Shown: positions 28,449-39,190 of the stretch, piece by piece
Layout of the letters: each line of letters opens with the position of its first letter
Numbering within the stretch: position 1 is the stretch's first letter
Source of the DNA: Candidatus Hadarchaeum sp.
Lineage (GTDB): Archaea > Hadarchaeota > Hadarchaeia > Hadarchaeales > Hadarchaeaceae
DNA length: 64,000 bases
Assembly: GCF_038871235.1 (NCBI RefSeq)
Contig: NZ_JAVZIN010000003.1
Coordinates: 1-64,000 of the forward strand
Direction: 5' to 3'
Position numbers and translations under genes: made by a program
Notes under the pieces: generated by a model
What the model saw: the letters and a program-made list of their open reading frames with translations, nothing else
Told to the model about the DNA's origin: nothing
Database searches by the model: none

Positions 28449-29660
28449 CTACGCTGCTTCCCCGGTTTCTAGGACTACAGTAATCCCGCTGGCGTTCCAT
28501 GATCCTTCTTGGGTGCGATTTTCACCATAGACTTTGTAGGTTCCATAACCGGTTAGTCTGACCCTGCCGGTCCCTGAGGCAAATATATCAATGCCGTTTC
28601 CGTTGAGGTCGACAGTTATGTCAGTTCCTGTGATTAAGGCGTTATCGTAACCTTGGTATTGGGTGAATCCGTTTCCGAGTAGAGTTTTAGTTCCGTCTCC
28701 ATAGGTAGTTACCGTTGCGTTTGGTGATACAATAAAGTTGCCATTGATAGGCGCCCTGATCTCGACGGTGCCGGTTCCGGTTAAGTGAACACTGCCGTTG
28801 CCTTGTGCAACGAGAGTTCCAGAACCTTGTATCGTTACGTGGTAGGCGTGTCTTTTCATTTCCATAATGGCGTTTTTAAGATCATTCAGAGCATCCTTGA
28901 GGTACTGTACGGCTTTCCTTACCTTGTTTTGTATAGCGCTGTACATCTCGGGAAAACTGGTGTTTTCGTTGATCTGAGTGACTAGGTTTTCGGCTTCGGC
29001 CACTACCTGTTCGGCAACTTCAATTTTAAGGCGGGCATCGGCGACCCAGTTTTCCAGCGTAGAAGTGTCGATCCCGTTTTCCTTCATCAGCTGAATTTTT
29101 GCCTCAACGTTGCCCACGATCGTTCTTACTCTTTGCACCATACCCTCCGTGAACTCAATCATCATTAGCCCAGTCATTTGCTTGAGTCTCACGCGAACTC
29201 TCAGCCAGTACTGGTGTAGTTCTCCGGCAGCTGCCCTTATCTGCTGTTCTTCGCCTGCGTTATTGATGTTCAGTTGTTTGGCACGAATTTCGTTTATGTA
29301 GTTGTCGATTTCAGCGTAGAGCCTTTCCTTCTGATTTTCCGATATTCCTATTGAGGCCTCGATTCTAGCTCTGATCATTTCCATGTTCTTTATCATAAGG
29401 TCAGCAGCTTTGGAGGCCGCTACCCTAGCAGCGTTCATTAACTGTTGGAAGTTCTGTTGATTTTTATTTCCTCTCCATTGCGACATCGCTTTATTGAATT
29501 CGTTGTTGGCGTCGTTCCAGTCCGAATAAGTGCTCCGGTACTCATTCTTCGCTCGCTCGTAGTTGCTCTTTGCTTTTTCGTAAGGTTGGGCACTTACCGC
29601 AGGCGCCATGGCTATAACCATCAGCGCCAGCATTATTGTGGCTATTATTTTTGTTTTCAT
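28449..29660 (-). CDS. Secreted protein with long helical/coiled-coil region and Gly/Thr-rich beta C-terminus
   Basis: Sec signal peptide (AVSA-Q), heptad-rich middle, GSGT/GNGS/GTG repeats; GGTGGA RBS. Confidence 0.75.
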   Translation of the reverse strand: MKTKIIATIMLALMVIAMAPAVSAQPYEKAKSNYERAKNEYRSTYSDWNDANNEFNKAMSQWRGNKNQQNFQQLMNAARVAASKAADLMIKNMEMIRARIEASIGISENQKERLYAEIDNYINEIRAKQLNINNAGEEQQIRAAAGELHQYWLRVRVRLKQMTGLMMIEFTEGMVQRVRTIVGNVEAKIQLMKENGIDTSTLENWVADARLKIEVAEQVVAEAENLVTQINENTSFPEMYSAIQNKVRKAVQYLKDALNDLKNAIMEMKRHAYHVTIQGSGTLVAQGNGSVHLTGTGTVEIRAPINGNFIVSPNATVTTYGDGTKTLLGNGFTQYQGYDNALITGTDITVDLNGNGIDIFASGTGRVRLTGYGTYKVYGENRTQEGSWNASGITVVLETGEAA

Positions 29661-29892
29661 TTTTATCCACCTTTTCGCGTTCGGGTTAAACTCCCCGCGC
29701 GGCCCCTATCGCGCGCGCGGATCATTGATTTTTCAAACACAAGTTGCCAAGAAAAATTTTTTAAATATACTTTCCTTTTCTTGAGTTAGAAAAGCCTATA
29801 AATTTCTCCTATTGCTTTACAAAGCTTTATAATGGCTTCAATTACTTTAATCAAACAAAAGAATTTTAAGTTAGACTTTTAAAACTCAACAC

Positions 29893-30633
29893 ATGATGAA
29901 AAAGTTTCTCTTAGCATTCACGTTTGTGTTGGTGTTTGGTTTTTGTTCTTCGACTGTGGCGCAGGAGGACTTTGCCAAAGTTCACGGCACCGTCTACTAC
30001 TGGTACAATCTTGAGCCCTTGAGGAACGCGATAGTTGAGGTGAATAGCACTCCGGTGCAAGTTTATGTGGCCAAAAATGGTGAGTATAGTTTCAACCTGC
30101 CTCCGGGAAATTATGTGATTACAGCCCGTTATTATCGAGATAACGTCCTCCTTTATTACGCGGAGGAGAATTTGACCATCTTGGAGGGGGGAGGCGAATA
30201 TATCATAGATTTGATCGCTTTCCCGTTGTTTGAGGATGTTGAAATTGCTGATGAAACGAACTTGGTGCCCTCTATCGAAACACCGGAAAGTGGAGGTCTC
30301 TGGATAATTTCTGCCGCAATCGGGGCAGCGGTTTTTATTTTAGCAGTAGGTGTTTTTTATTATTTGAAAAAACGCCGCAAAAGGTTGCCGGAGCCTAAAG
30401 CTGAGCCGTCACGGGAGACGATTAAATATGTAGGATTGCCAGCAGACCTTCAGGAGATAGTTGATAAGATAAAGGAGGCTGGCGGTAGGATCACTCAGCT
30501 TGAGCTGAGGGAAAAACTACCCTACTCGGAAGCCAAAGTGAGCCTGATGTTAACGGACTTGGAGAACCGGGGCTTGATTCGAAGGATAAAGAAGGGCAGA
30601 GGTAACGTGATCATTTTGAGTGAAGTAGGCTAG
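29893..30633 (+). CDS. Membrane-bound wHTH regulator (COG2512-like)
   Basis: Signal peptide, extracellular beta-sandwich (GEYSFNLPPGNY), TM followed by KKRRKR, then GGRITQ.EL...LPYSEAKVSLMLTDLE..GLI. Confidence 0.8.
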   Translation: MMKKFLLAFTFVLVFGFCSSTVAQEDFAKVHGTVYYWYNLEPLRNAIVEVNSTPVQVYVAKNGEYSFNLPPGNYVITARYYRDNVLLYYAEENLTILEGGGEYIIDLIAFPLFEDVEIADETNLVPSIETPESGGLWIISAAIGAAVFILAVGVFYYLKKRRKRLPEPKAEPSRETIKYVGLPADLQEIVDKIKEAGGRITQLELREKLPYSEAKVSLMLTDLENRGLIRRIKKGRGNVIILSEVG

Positions 30634-30692
30634 TTTGCCAGTTTTTGGTCTTCACTAACTAAAAGGTTAAAATCAGCATTGTTCCAAGTTAG

Positions 30693-31235
<543 letters not shown>

Positions 31236-31248
31236 GTTGGCTGAGGAG

Positions 31249-32211
31249 TTAAATTTTGATAATGTTGATTTCCTCAATGTCGAATAAATTGTTCATTTTT
31301 ACCTGAAATTCAGATATCGTGTACAGAATTTCGTTTATGTAAAGCGATCTCACGACGAAGCTGGTAGGGTCCAGAGCCGTTTCTTGACTGATCGATTCTG
31401 CATGGGTAATTTTGTCCTTTAAATCTAGACCATCAGTAGGCGAAACGTTGAAGACGTATGCGCCTTGCCAGTCCCACGTTCCGTTCTCTACCAAGGTAAT
31501 CGGAATCACGAGAAGATTTTTCGATTTGCTGAACAGAAAGGCCCTGTGATCGTATAAGGCATAGGAATCGGTTCCTCTTTCCCCGATTATGTATTTGGAA
31601 ATCTCTTTTGGTTTTTCAGGGTCACTCACGTCGAAGATAGCCAGCTTTACACCCTGATAAAGGGCGAATTCAGCGTCTGGATAGTTGGTAGTCTCCTTCC
31701 CCAAACCGATTATATGTAATTCATCATATGGATGCAGATAATCAGAGTAGCCGGGAATTTTGAGTTCCCCTAGTATCCTGGGATTAACCGGATCAGAAAG
31801 GTCTATGACAAAAAGTGGATCCACCTTCACAAAGGTCACAAGATAAGCGCGATTGCCCATGAATCTGGCTGAGTAGATCCGTTCACCCGGCGCAAGTCCC
31901 TCGATTTTTCCCGCGACGTCAAGGTCCTTGTTAAGAACGTAAATATTGTTCTTGGCGTTGCCGCTCCAAATGTCTCCCGTTGTGGTCGCTATTCTGAAGT
32001 AATCATTGTGTTCGTCCATGGAGAATTGGTTCAGAACTTGTCCTGGAACTTCTCCTCCTACCCTGTACTCGATTTTTCCATTTAATATAGATATTTTGTG
32101 TATCTTCGTGTTGGTAAGCCATTCCTCTTTACCTTGCATGCTAACCATCTGGGCGCCGGTGTAGGTTATGTAAATGTTGTTAAGCGAATCAGGGTCGGAT
32201 AATAAACCCAT
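31249..32211 (-). pseudogene. N-terminally truncated secreted beta-propeller protein (COG4880-like)
   Basis: LNQFSMDE..YFRIATT, GERIYSARF, VDPLFVIDL, GELKIPGYSDYLHP. No signal peptide; homology begins abruptly at SLNNIYITY. Confidence 0.6.
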
Positions 32212-32230
32212 GTCCGGTTCAAAATCAATT

Positions 32231-32530
32231 TCATAATTTAAAAAAGTATTTGGACAAAAACACCTTATTTCCCTTTATTTCGACTCCCTCGTGCAACAGA
32301 AGATTTTTCTTTTTCTCGATCCCTCCAGCGTAGCCTCCAATATGGCCGTCTGATTTGATAACCCGATGACAAGGAATTTTTATTGGGTGGGGATTTTTTG
32401 CCAAAGCCCTAGCCACCGCTCTGTAGGCCTTCGGTTTCCCCATCGCTAGGGCGATTTGCTTGTAGGTCGTTACCTTCCCGCGTGGAATTTTTGCCGTCAG
32501 CTCCAGAACCTGGCGCTGGAATTCTTGCAT
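32231..32530 (-). CDS. ogt: O6-methylguanine-DNA methyltransferase (C-terminal domain only)
   Basis: IPRGKVTTY, RAVARAL..NP, PCHRV active site. Confidence 0.92.
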   Translation of the reverse strand: MQEFQRQVLELTAKIPRGKVTTYKQIALAMGKPKAYRAVARALAKNPHPIKIPCHRVIKSDGHIGGYAGGIEKKKNLLLHEGVEIKGNKVFLSKYFFKL

Positions 32531-32583
32531 ACACCACAATATTGTTTCTTACTTATTATATCCGGAGTTCCTATCTTCTTCTG

Positions 32584-33657
32584 ATGATCGAGATCGATGG
32601 ATCGATGGGTGAGGGAGGCGGTGCGGTTCTTCGCACCGCTCTAGCGCTCGGGGCCGTGAGCGGACAGCCGATTCATATTTTTAACATCAGAGCCGGTAGA
32701 GACAAGCCCGGGCTTCAGGCGCAGCATCTCCATGGTGTCGAGGCCTTGGCAAAAATCACTGGTGCTGAGCTTCGTGGAGCGATGCTGAATTCAACCGAAC
32801 TCACTTTTATTCCAGGTGAGATTCAAGCTGGCCGATACCACGTTGATATAGGCACAGCTGGTAGCACCACCTTAATTCTGCAGATACTCATGCCGGCAGT
32901 TGCCTTTGCGAGTGGGCCGGTTGATATTGAGATAAGGGGTGGGACGGACAACCCGATGGCACCACCGATCGACTATTTAAAGAACGTTACTATTCCAATA
33001 CTTCGCCGCATGGGCTACCGCGGCGAGGTCGAATGTCTCAGGCGTGGACACTATCCACGAGGCGGGGGCATAGTTCGGGCAAAGATTGAACCTGTGGAGC
33101 AGTTTAAGTCTATAAGTCTTGTTAATCAAGGTAAGATATTGAGGGTGGCCGGAGTTGCCCATGCGGTGAGACTACCGCCGCGGGTAGCAACCAGAATTGC
33201 CCACGCCGCCAGTTTGGAGTTGTTAAAGTCGCTTAGGGCTCCCGTGGACATCCGGTGTGAGTCGTATCAAATTGAACAGGACCCGCACCTCGGACCCGGT
33301 GCTGGATTAACCATCTGGGCTGAAACAGATAGTGGAGCAATTATTGGTACCAGCTCGCTGGGAGAACCCGGTAAACCATCTGAAAAAGTTGGCCGTGAGG
33401 CTGCTCTTGATTTGATTGTGCAACTGAGAACAGGTGGGGCATGCGATCGCTATCTATCCGATCAGCTCATTCCCTACTTGGCCCTCGCTGAAGGTACTTC
33501 AGAGATAACCTGTACTTCGCTCACTTCACACACCATCACTAATATCGAACTGGTGCGCAGAATTCTGGGCGTGGATATTGAGGTTTTTGGGGAACTCGGT
33601 CGACCCGGTAAAATAACGGTTACTGGCATTGGGTTCAAAAAAACGGATAAATCTTAA
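32584..33657 (+). CDS. rtcA: RNA 3'-terminal phosphate cyclase
   Basis: MIEIDGSMGEGGG..LR, IRAGR.KPGL..QH, GTAGS, GGTD, YPRGGG, DQLIP, HT.TN. Start corrected to ATG 32584. Confidence 0.95.
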   Translation: MIEIDGSMGEGGGAVLRTALALGAVSGQPIHIFNIRAGRDKPGLQAQHLHGVEALAKITGAELRGAMLNSTELTFIPGEIQAGRYHVDIGTAGSTTLILQILMPAVAFASGPVDIEIRGGTDNPMAPPIDYLKNVTIPILRRMGYRGEVECLRRGHYPRGGGIVRAKIEPVEQFKSISLVNQGKILRVAGVAHAVRLPPRVATRIAHAASLELLKSLRAPVDIRCESYQIEQDPHLGPGAGLTIWAETDSGAIIGTSSLGEPGKPSEKVGREAALDLIVQLRTGGACDRYLSDQLIPYLALAEGTSEITCTSLTSHTITNIELVRRILGVDIEVFGELGRPGKITVTGIGFKKTDKS

Positions 33658-33704
33658 TATGTTGAGACCGAATTAAATCGAAAGTGTCATGTCGGGTGAG
33701 ATCA

Positions 33705-35012
33705 GTGATAGATCTTGAAAAAATGGAGCAGGCTAGGCGTGAATATGTGGAGAAGATGAAAGGCATAACACTTACCGAGTTCGACCTAGATAAATGGGAG
33801 AAAATAAGGGAGAGCATTTATCCCCCGCGTCGTTTGAATCTTGACGTTATCATAGACGATACGACGTTGAGGGATGGACTGCAGATGGCGGGTCTCGTGA
33901 GTCCTTTGCCCGCCGACGCCGCCAGAATTGCTGAGTTTCTCAGGGACATCGGCGTGGAGAGGCTTGAGGTTATGACTTACACCAAGTCTGATAAGGAGGC
34001 AATCAGGATGATGCAGGACAAGGGCTTGGGAGACATGATTGCTGCTTGGTGTCGGGCTTCTAAGGAGGACGTAGATTCCGCGCTGCAGCTCGATTTTAAG
34101 CAGGTCGGAATTTCCCACCCAGTTTCCTACATTCATTTTGAGAAGTGGTCTGATGTTCCCTTGCAGGATTTGGTGAAGAGAGTAGCTGATGTTGTCCTCT
34201 ATGCCAAGGACCATGGTCTGGATGTTTTTGTGCACGGTGAGGACAGCACGAGGGCCGACTGGAACTTCGAGAAGTACTTCGTAAACACGGTGGCCGAGGC
34301 CGGAGCCAGCGTCTACCGTATCTGCGACACCATTGGTTGCGGTTCTTCTGACCCAAATGATCCGCTCCCGATTGGTATCCCAATGAAGGTGAGGAAGATG
34401 AAGGAGGAGACCAAGATACCTTATCTCGAGATACACACCCACGATGACATGGGAACTTCTTTGGAGAACACCATGGCGGCGATCCGAGCTGCTTCTGGGC
34501 TTTACGACAAGATCTACGTGAGTTCTACCTTTCTTGGCATTGGGGAGCGATCCGGAAACGTGGAAACTGAGAAGATCATCATGAACTGTTATCTACACCA
34601 CGGCATGAAAAAATGGGACCTCCGCTATCTGAGGGAACTCACCATTTTTATGGCCTCGGCGCTGAAGTACAACGTTCCTCTGAACAAATCCATCGTTGGA
34701 GACTTGGCTTTCGCCCACGAGTCCGGAGTCCACATTCACGGGCTCATGGCCTCGCCGTTGACCTATGAGCTTTTCCCCCCGGAACTCGTCGGGCAGAAGC
34801 GGACGATCGTGATTGGGAAGAGATCAGGTAAGCATGGTATTAGGCTGAAGCTGGAGCAGTTGACTGGGCAGAAGATTTCAGAGGACGATCCTAGGCTGGC
34901 CAAGCTGGTTGACATAATCAAGGATAAATTTGTCTCCGGATTGAGGAGATACCCAATTAAGGACACAGAGTTCAGAAATCTGGCTCAGAAAGTAGGGTTC
35001 GAGATGAAGTAG
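33705..35012 (+). CDS. DRE-TIM 2-oxoacid:acetyl-CoA synthase (homocitrate/Re-citrate/isopropylmalate synthase family)
   Basis: DTTLRDGLQ, EDSTRAD, CDTIG, HTHDDMG, GIGERSGN, AHESGVH; no LeuA regulatory domain. Start is uncertain (33684, 33705 or 33723). Confidence 0.85.
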   Translation: MIDLEKMEQARREYVEKMKGITLTEFDLDKWEKIRESIYPPRRLNLDVIIDDTTLRDGLQMAGLVSPLPADAARIAEFLRDIGVERLEVMTYTKSDKEAIRMMQDKGLGDMIAAWCRASKEDVDSALQLDFKQVGISHPVSYIHFEKWSDVPLQDLVKRVADVVLYAKDHGLDVFVHGEDSTRADWNFEKYFVNTVAEAGASVYRICDTIGCGSSDPNDPLPIGIPMKVRKMKEETKIPYLEIHTHDDMGTSLENTMAAIRAASGLYDKIYVSSTFLGIGERSGNVETEKIIMNCYLHHGMKKWDLRYLRELTIFMASALKYNVPLNKSIVGDLAFAHESGVHIHGLMASPLTYELFPPELVGQKRTIVIGKRSGKHGIRLKLEQLTGQKISEDDPRLAKLVDIIKDKFVSGLRRYPIKDTEFRNLAQKVGFEMK

Positions 35013-35025
35013 GTCCTGTGAGAGC

Positions 35026-36285
35026 ATGGGAAAAACGATAACGGAGAAGATATTGGGCAGGGCAGCTGGGATGGACGTTTCTCCCGGAGATCTGATAGTA
35101 GCGCCGATAGATACCTGCATGGCTCACGATGGCACGGCGCCGCTGGCCATCAAGGCCTTCCGCGAAATGGGGGCTAAGAAGGTCTGGGATCCCCGCAGGG
35201 TCGCCTTAGTTATTGATCACATCGCCCCGAGTTCGTCAGAAGGAACCTCAAATCTTCACATATTGATGAGACAGTTTGCCGCTGAGCACGGCATTAAGCT
35301 GTTTGATGTCGGCGAGGGGATCTGCCATCAGATAATGCCTGAAAAAGGTTATGTCCTGCCGGGCCGTGTGATCGTCGGTGCTGATTCACACACTTGTACC
35401 TATGGTGCGTTTGGGGCTTTCTCCACAGGTATTGGCTCCACGGAACTGGCCGCCGTCATGGTTTCCGGGAAGCTCTGGTTCCGGGTGCCTGAGTCCATTA
35501 GATGTGAGGTAAATGGTCCGATGCCCATCGGGGTCGTGCCGAAGGACGTAATTTTGCACATCTTGGGACTAATCGGTGCTGATGGCGCCACCTACAAGGC
35601 AATTGAGTTTTCTGGCGATGTCGTAGCTGGAATGAGCGTCTCAGGCAGAATGACTCTCTGCAACATGGTAGTTGAGATGGGGGCCAAGAACGGAATAGTT
35701 GAACCCGATGAAAAGGTTAAGGAGTTCCTCAAGGGGAGAACGCGGGTAGAGGGAGATTATCTGAGGAGCGATCCGGACGCCGAGTATTCAAAGATCTTTG
35801 AAATTTCTGCTGAGGAGCTGGAGCCCATGGTCGCCTGTCCAAGTTCCGTGGATAATGTCAGACCGGTCAGTGAGGTGGATGGCATCAGGGTGAATCAGGT
35901 TTTCTTGGGCAGCTGCACCAACGGCAGGTTTGAGGACCTTCTCGATGCCGCTAAGATCCTGAAAGGAAGAAAGGTTAAAGAAGGAGTGAGAATGCTGGTG
36001 ATACCCGCATCTCGCGAGGTTTATCTTGAGGCCATGAAGATGGGGCTGTTGCAGATTCTGGCTGAGGCCGGCTGTTCCATTTATGGCCCTGGCTGCGGCC
36101 CCTGCCCTGGCGGCCATCTGGGAGTTCTGGGCCAGGGTGAGGTCTGCGTTTCGACATCGAACCGGAACTTTATGGGAAGAATGGGTAGCAAGGAAGCGCA
36201 GATATATCTGGTCTCCCCACTGACAGCGGCAGCTTCAGCGGTAACTGGGGAGTTGACGGATCCAAGAAGGTTTATAGAGGGATAA
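35026..36285 (+). CDS. LeuC/HacA-type dehydratase large subunit
   Basis: HDGT, GICH, GADSHTCT, GSCTNGR, CGPCPG, SNRNFMGRMG. Confidence 0.93.
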   Translation: MGKTITEKILGRAAGMDVSPGDLIVAPIDTCMAHDGTAPLAIKAFREMGAKKVWDPRRVALVIDHIAPSSSEGTSNLHILMRQFAAEHGIKLFDVGEGICHQIMPEKGYVLPGRVIVGADSHTCTYGAFGAFSTGIGSTELAAVMVSGKLWFRVPESIRCEVNGPMPIGVVPKDVILHILGLIGADGATYKAIEFSGDVVAGMSVSGRMTLCNMVVEMGAKNGIVEPDEKVKEFLKGRTRVEGDYLRSDPDAEYSKIFEISAEELEPMVACPSSVDNVRPVSEVDGIRVNQVFLGSCTNGRFEDLLDAAKILKGRKVKEGVRMLVIPASREVYLEAMKMGLLQILAEAGCSIYGPGCGPCPGGHLGVLGQGEVCVSTSNRNFMGRMGSKEAQIYLVSPLTAAASAVTGELTDPRRFIEG

Positions 36286-36287
36286 CT

Positions 36288-36806
36288 TTGGTAATAAAGG
36301 GACAGGTTTGGAAATTTGGGGACTCGGTCAGCACCGATGCCATTATCTCAGGTAAATACAAGTTCAAGACGATCGATTTGGATGAACTGGCGAAGCATGC
36401 GATGGAAACGTTTGCGCCTGATTTTGCCCGGCTGGTGAAAAGAGGGGACATCATCGTTGCCGGTGAAAATTTCGGTTGTGGTTCCAGCCGGGAACAGGCT
36501 CCTCTGGTCCTAAGACAGCTGGGAGTCGGTGCAATTGTGGCCAAGTCGTTTGCCAGGATATTCTACCGGAACAGCTTCAACGTTGGGCTTCCTGTCGTTG
36601 AGTGCCATGAGCTTCACGATCGGGCGAAGCAAGGTGACGTGCTTGAAATAGATCTGAGGGGGGGGACGATCTTGAACCTGACTACTGGTGAGTCCTTCAG
36701 GGCCAAGCCCGTTCCGGAGTTTCTGTTACAGATGTTAGAAGACGGCGGCTTGGTCGAGCAGTACCGGAAGTATGGTGAGTTTAAGTGGAGCACGTCGTCA
36801 CGCTGA
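36288..36806 (+). CDS. LeuD/HacB-type dehydratase small subunit
   Basis: [25 protein letters not shown]. Confidence 0.93.
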   Translation: MVIKGQVWKFGDSVSTDAIISGKYKFKTIDLDELAKHAMETFAPDFARLVKRGDIIVAGENFGCGSSREQAPLVLRQLGVGAIVAKSFARIFYRNSFNVGLPVVECHELHDRAKQGDVLEIDLRGGTILNLTTGESFRAKPVPEFLLQMLEDGGLVEQYRKYGEFKWSTSSR

Positions 36807-37864
36807 TCTACGGTGACGGGGTCGGCCCGGAAGTCATGACTGCGGCGAGGAGATGTATTGAGGCCACTGGCGTTAGGATAAAATGGGAGGTAGTTGAGGC
36901 CGGAGCTGAGGTTATTCCTAAGTATGGTACACCGCTCCCGGAGGAGGTCTTGGAGTCGATAAAGAGAAATGGGGTGGCTTTGAAGGGACCTATTACTACC
37001 CCAGTTGGCAGCGGCTTCAGAAGTGTCAATGTGGCCCTGAGAAAGGAACTTGACCTCTATGCCTGCCTGAGGCCTTGCAAATGGTATCCCGGCGTGCGCT
37101 CCAGATATATCGGCGTTGATCTTATCGTGGTTAGGGAGAACACCGAGGACCTGTACGCTGGCATTGAATACGAGCCCGGAAAGCCTGAAACTGAGGAGTT
37201 CATCAGATTTGTCAGGGAAAGAAAAAAGACAGTAATTCGTGAAGGATCTGGCATAAGCTTGAAGCCGATTTCACCAGCAGCCTCTGAAAGGATAGTCAGG
37301 TTTGCCTTTAACTACGCTAGGCGGAACGGCAGGAAGAAGGTCACCGCGGTGCACAAGGCCAATATCATGAAGTTTTCCGACGGCGTGTTTTTGGAGACGG
37401 CAAGGAGAGTGGCAGCCGAGTTCCCTGACATCGCCTTTGAGGATAGGATTGTCGATAATATGTGCATGCAGCTGGTGCAGAAGCCTGAATTGTATGATGT
37501 AATAGTCGCACCCAACCTCTACGGTGACATTCTCTCAGACTTATGTGCCGGGCTGGTCGGTGGCCTAGGCGTTGCTCCCGGTGCCAACATTGGAGACCAG
37601 GTGGCAGTTTTTGAGCCAACTCATGGCAGCGCCCCGAAGTATGCGGGGAAGAACAAGGTCAACCCAACGGCAGCTGTTCTTTCCGGAGTTATGTTGTTGC
37701 GCTATCTGGGGGAGCTGGAGGCTGCACGAAGGTTGGAAGAGGCTGTGGCCAGAGTTATAAAAGAGGGCAAGCGAGTCACCTACGATCTCAAACCAGATCC
37801 AGAAGACCCGACTGCGGCAGGTACTTCTGAGATGGCAGACGCAATCATTGAAGCGCTGTGTTAG
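36785..37864 (+). CDS. Isocitrate/isopropylmalate dehydrogenase family (NAD-IDH/homoisocitrate-like)
   Basis: [55 protein letters not shown]. Confidence 0.9.
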   Translation: MEHVVTLIYGDGVGPEVMTAARRCIEATGVRIKWEVVEAGAEVIPKYGTPLPEEVLESIKRNGVALKGPITTPVGSGFRSVNVALRKELDLYACLRPCKWYPGVRSRYIGVDLIVVRENTEDLYAGIEYEPGKPETEEFIRFVRERKKTVIREGSGISLKPISPAASERIVRFAFNYARRNGRKKVTAVHKANIMKFSDGVFLETARRVAAEFPDIAFEDRIVDNMCMQLVQKPELYDVIVAPNLYGDILSDLCAGLVGGLGVAPGANIGDQVAVFEPTHGSAPKYAGKNKVNPTAAVLSGVMLLRYLGELEAARRLEEAVARVIKEGKRVTYDLKPDPEDPTAAGTSEMADAIIEALC

Positions 37865-37984
37865 TTTTGGATCGGTGATAAGGGACTCGGTCGGTTTGTA
37901 AATAAAGATGATTGATTATCTGCGTCAATTCCATAAAAGCCTAGAACTTTCTCCCATGTTTTAAATTTGGCCCAGATTTTTTAT

Positions 37985-38284
37985 TTATCCCTTCCAGAGC
38001 CCAAGAGCCAGCCCGAAGAGAAAGGCGACTGAAGAGTAAGGCAGGACATTAATCCATCCGCTGCCGGCTTCGTAAAGTTTGGGCAGCATTTGCATAGCCT
38101 TATCAAACAGATCGTGAAAGCTCAAGCTCAGTGCTCCGGTAGCAACAAGGACGAGGATGAGGGCGATGAGAAGTACCATGAGGTTAAAAGCTTTTTTAAT
38201 GATGGCTCCGACTAACAGCCCTATGATGAAAGCCGCAACTATGGGCACAACCCAGGCAAATTCCACGAGTTCCATTTTCTCCAC
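37985..38284 (-). CDS. FUN14-like small membrane protein
   Basis: GLLVGAIIKK and C-terminal LP...AFLFGLALGLWKG. Confidence 0.6.
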   Translation of the reverse strand: MEKMELVEFAWVVPIVAAFIIGLLVGAIIKKAFNLMVLLIALILVLVATGALSLSFHDLFDKAMQMLPKLYEAGSGWINVLPYSSVAFLFGLALGLWKG

Positions 38285-38388
38285 CTTTCACTTTTACAGA
38301 CCAAAACTTAAAACTTCTTTTTTGTCTACTTTTTTGAAAGGGGCAAGCTTAAAGCCGAATTGAGGGATTAAAACTAAACAGTGGTTGT

Positions 38389-38664
38389 ATGAAAAAATTT
38401 ATTCCAAATCTATTGGTGTTGGCTCTAGCAGCGATTGCTTTTGCTTGTTTAACTTGGGGTTTTTATTACGAGTGGCCCGACTACGTGCATGTTGATTACG
38501 GAATTCCTCTCACCTGGGCCACCCATACTTACATCACGATAATCGGGCCGCCAGCGGCACCATGGAGGGTTGACCTCTTGGCCCTACAGATAGACTTGGT
38601 TTTCTGGTTTGGATTAATTGTACTAGCAGCCCATGCCGGGAAAATTTTAGTGAGATCAGATTAG
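38389..38664 (+). CDS. Small two-TM hypothetical protein
   Basis: Two hydrophobic helices flanking YGIPLTW. Confidence 0.55.
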   Translation: MKKFIPNLLVLALAAIAFACLTWGFYYEWPDYVHVDYGIPLTWATHTYITIIGPPAAPWRVDLLALQIDLVFWFGLIVLAAHAGKILVRSD

Positions 38665-38673
38665 GGCACAATT

Positions 38674-39063
38674 TTAGCTGTTTTCCCCTTTGAGGAGAAT
38701 TATCGCTTTTTTCACAGCCTGTCGAGCATTTTGTATGAATTTTTGAATATCAGTTTCGCTAGCGTTGTTTTGATGAATTCCGACAGAGACCACGACGACG
38801 CGGTTTAGTTCTCGGGCTAGTTCCTCGGAGGCTGTCCTAGCGATCTCGTCGTCCTTGTGTCCAATCAAAGTGAAGATAGATGAGGTGGCGCTCAGTTTAT
38901 TGGGGTTCTTAAGGCTGGGCCTAGGAACCGCTACCGCCACGGCCCCCACATGGGGATAGTTTCCGCCGAATATCGCTACAACGAGGTCTTTTCCAGCAAG
39001 CAAGAGAGCAAGCTGAACTTTATGTTTTCCTCTCCCAGCACTAATCCTGAGGTGAGTTTTCAT
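38674..39063 (-). CDS. LpdD-like (prenylated-flavin chaperone/PAC4-like) protein
   Basis: GKDL...I.GG..PHVGAVA, GHKDD, VVV..GIH. Confidence 0.75.
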   Translation of the reverse strand: MKTHLRISAGRGKHKVQLALLLAGKDLVVAIFGGNYPHVGAVAVAVPRPSLKNPNKLSATSSIFTLIGHKDDEIARTASEELARELNRVVVVSVGIHQNNASETDIQKFIQNARQAVKKAIILLKGENS

Positions 39064-39190
39064 CGAGTTTTCCCAAGATAATGTACGGGTTGCGAAATAT
39101 TTAGTGATTTAGGGACTGGAGGGGGTTTCTGGGGCTCCGGGACACTTTTAAAGGCAGGCATTAAAGGTTAATTTGACCGGGGGAAAATAG

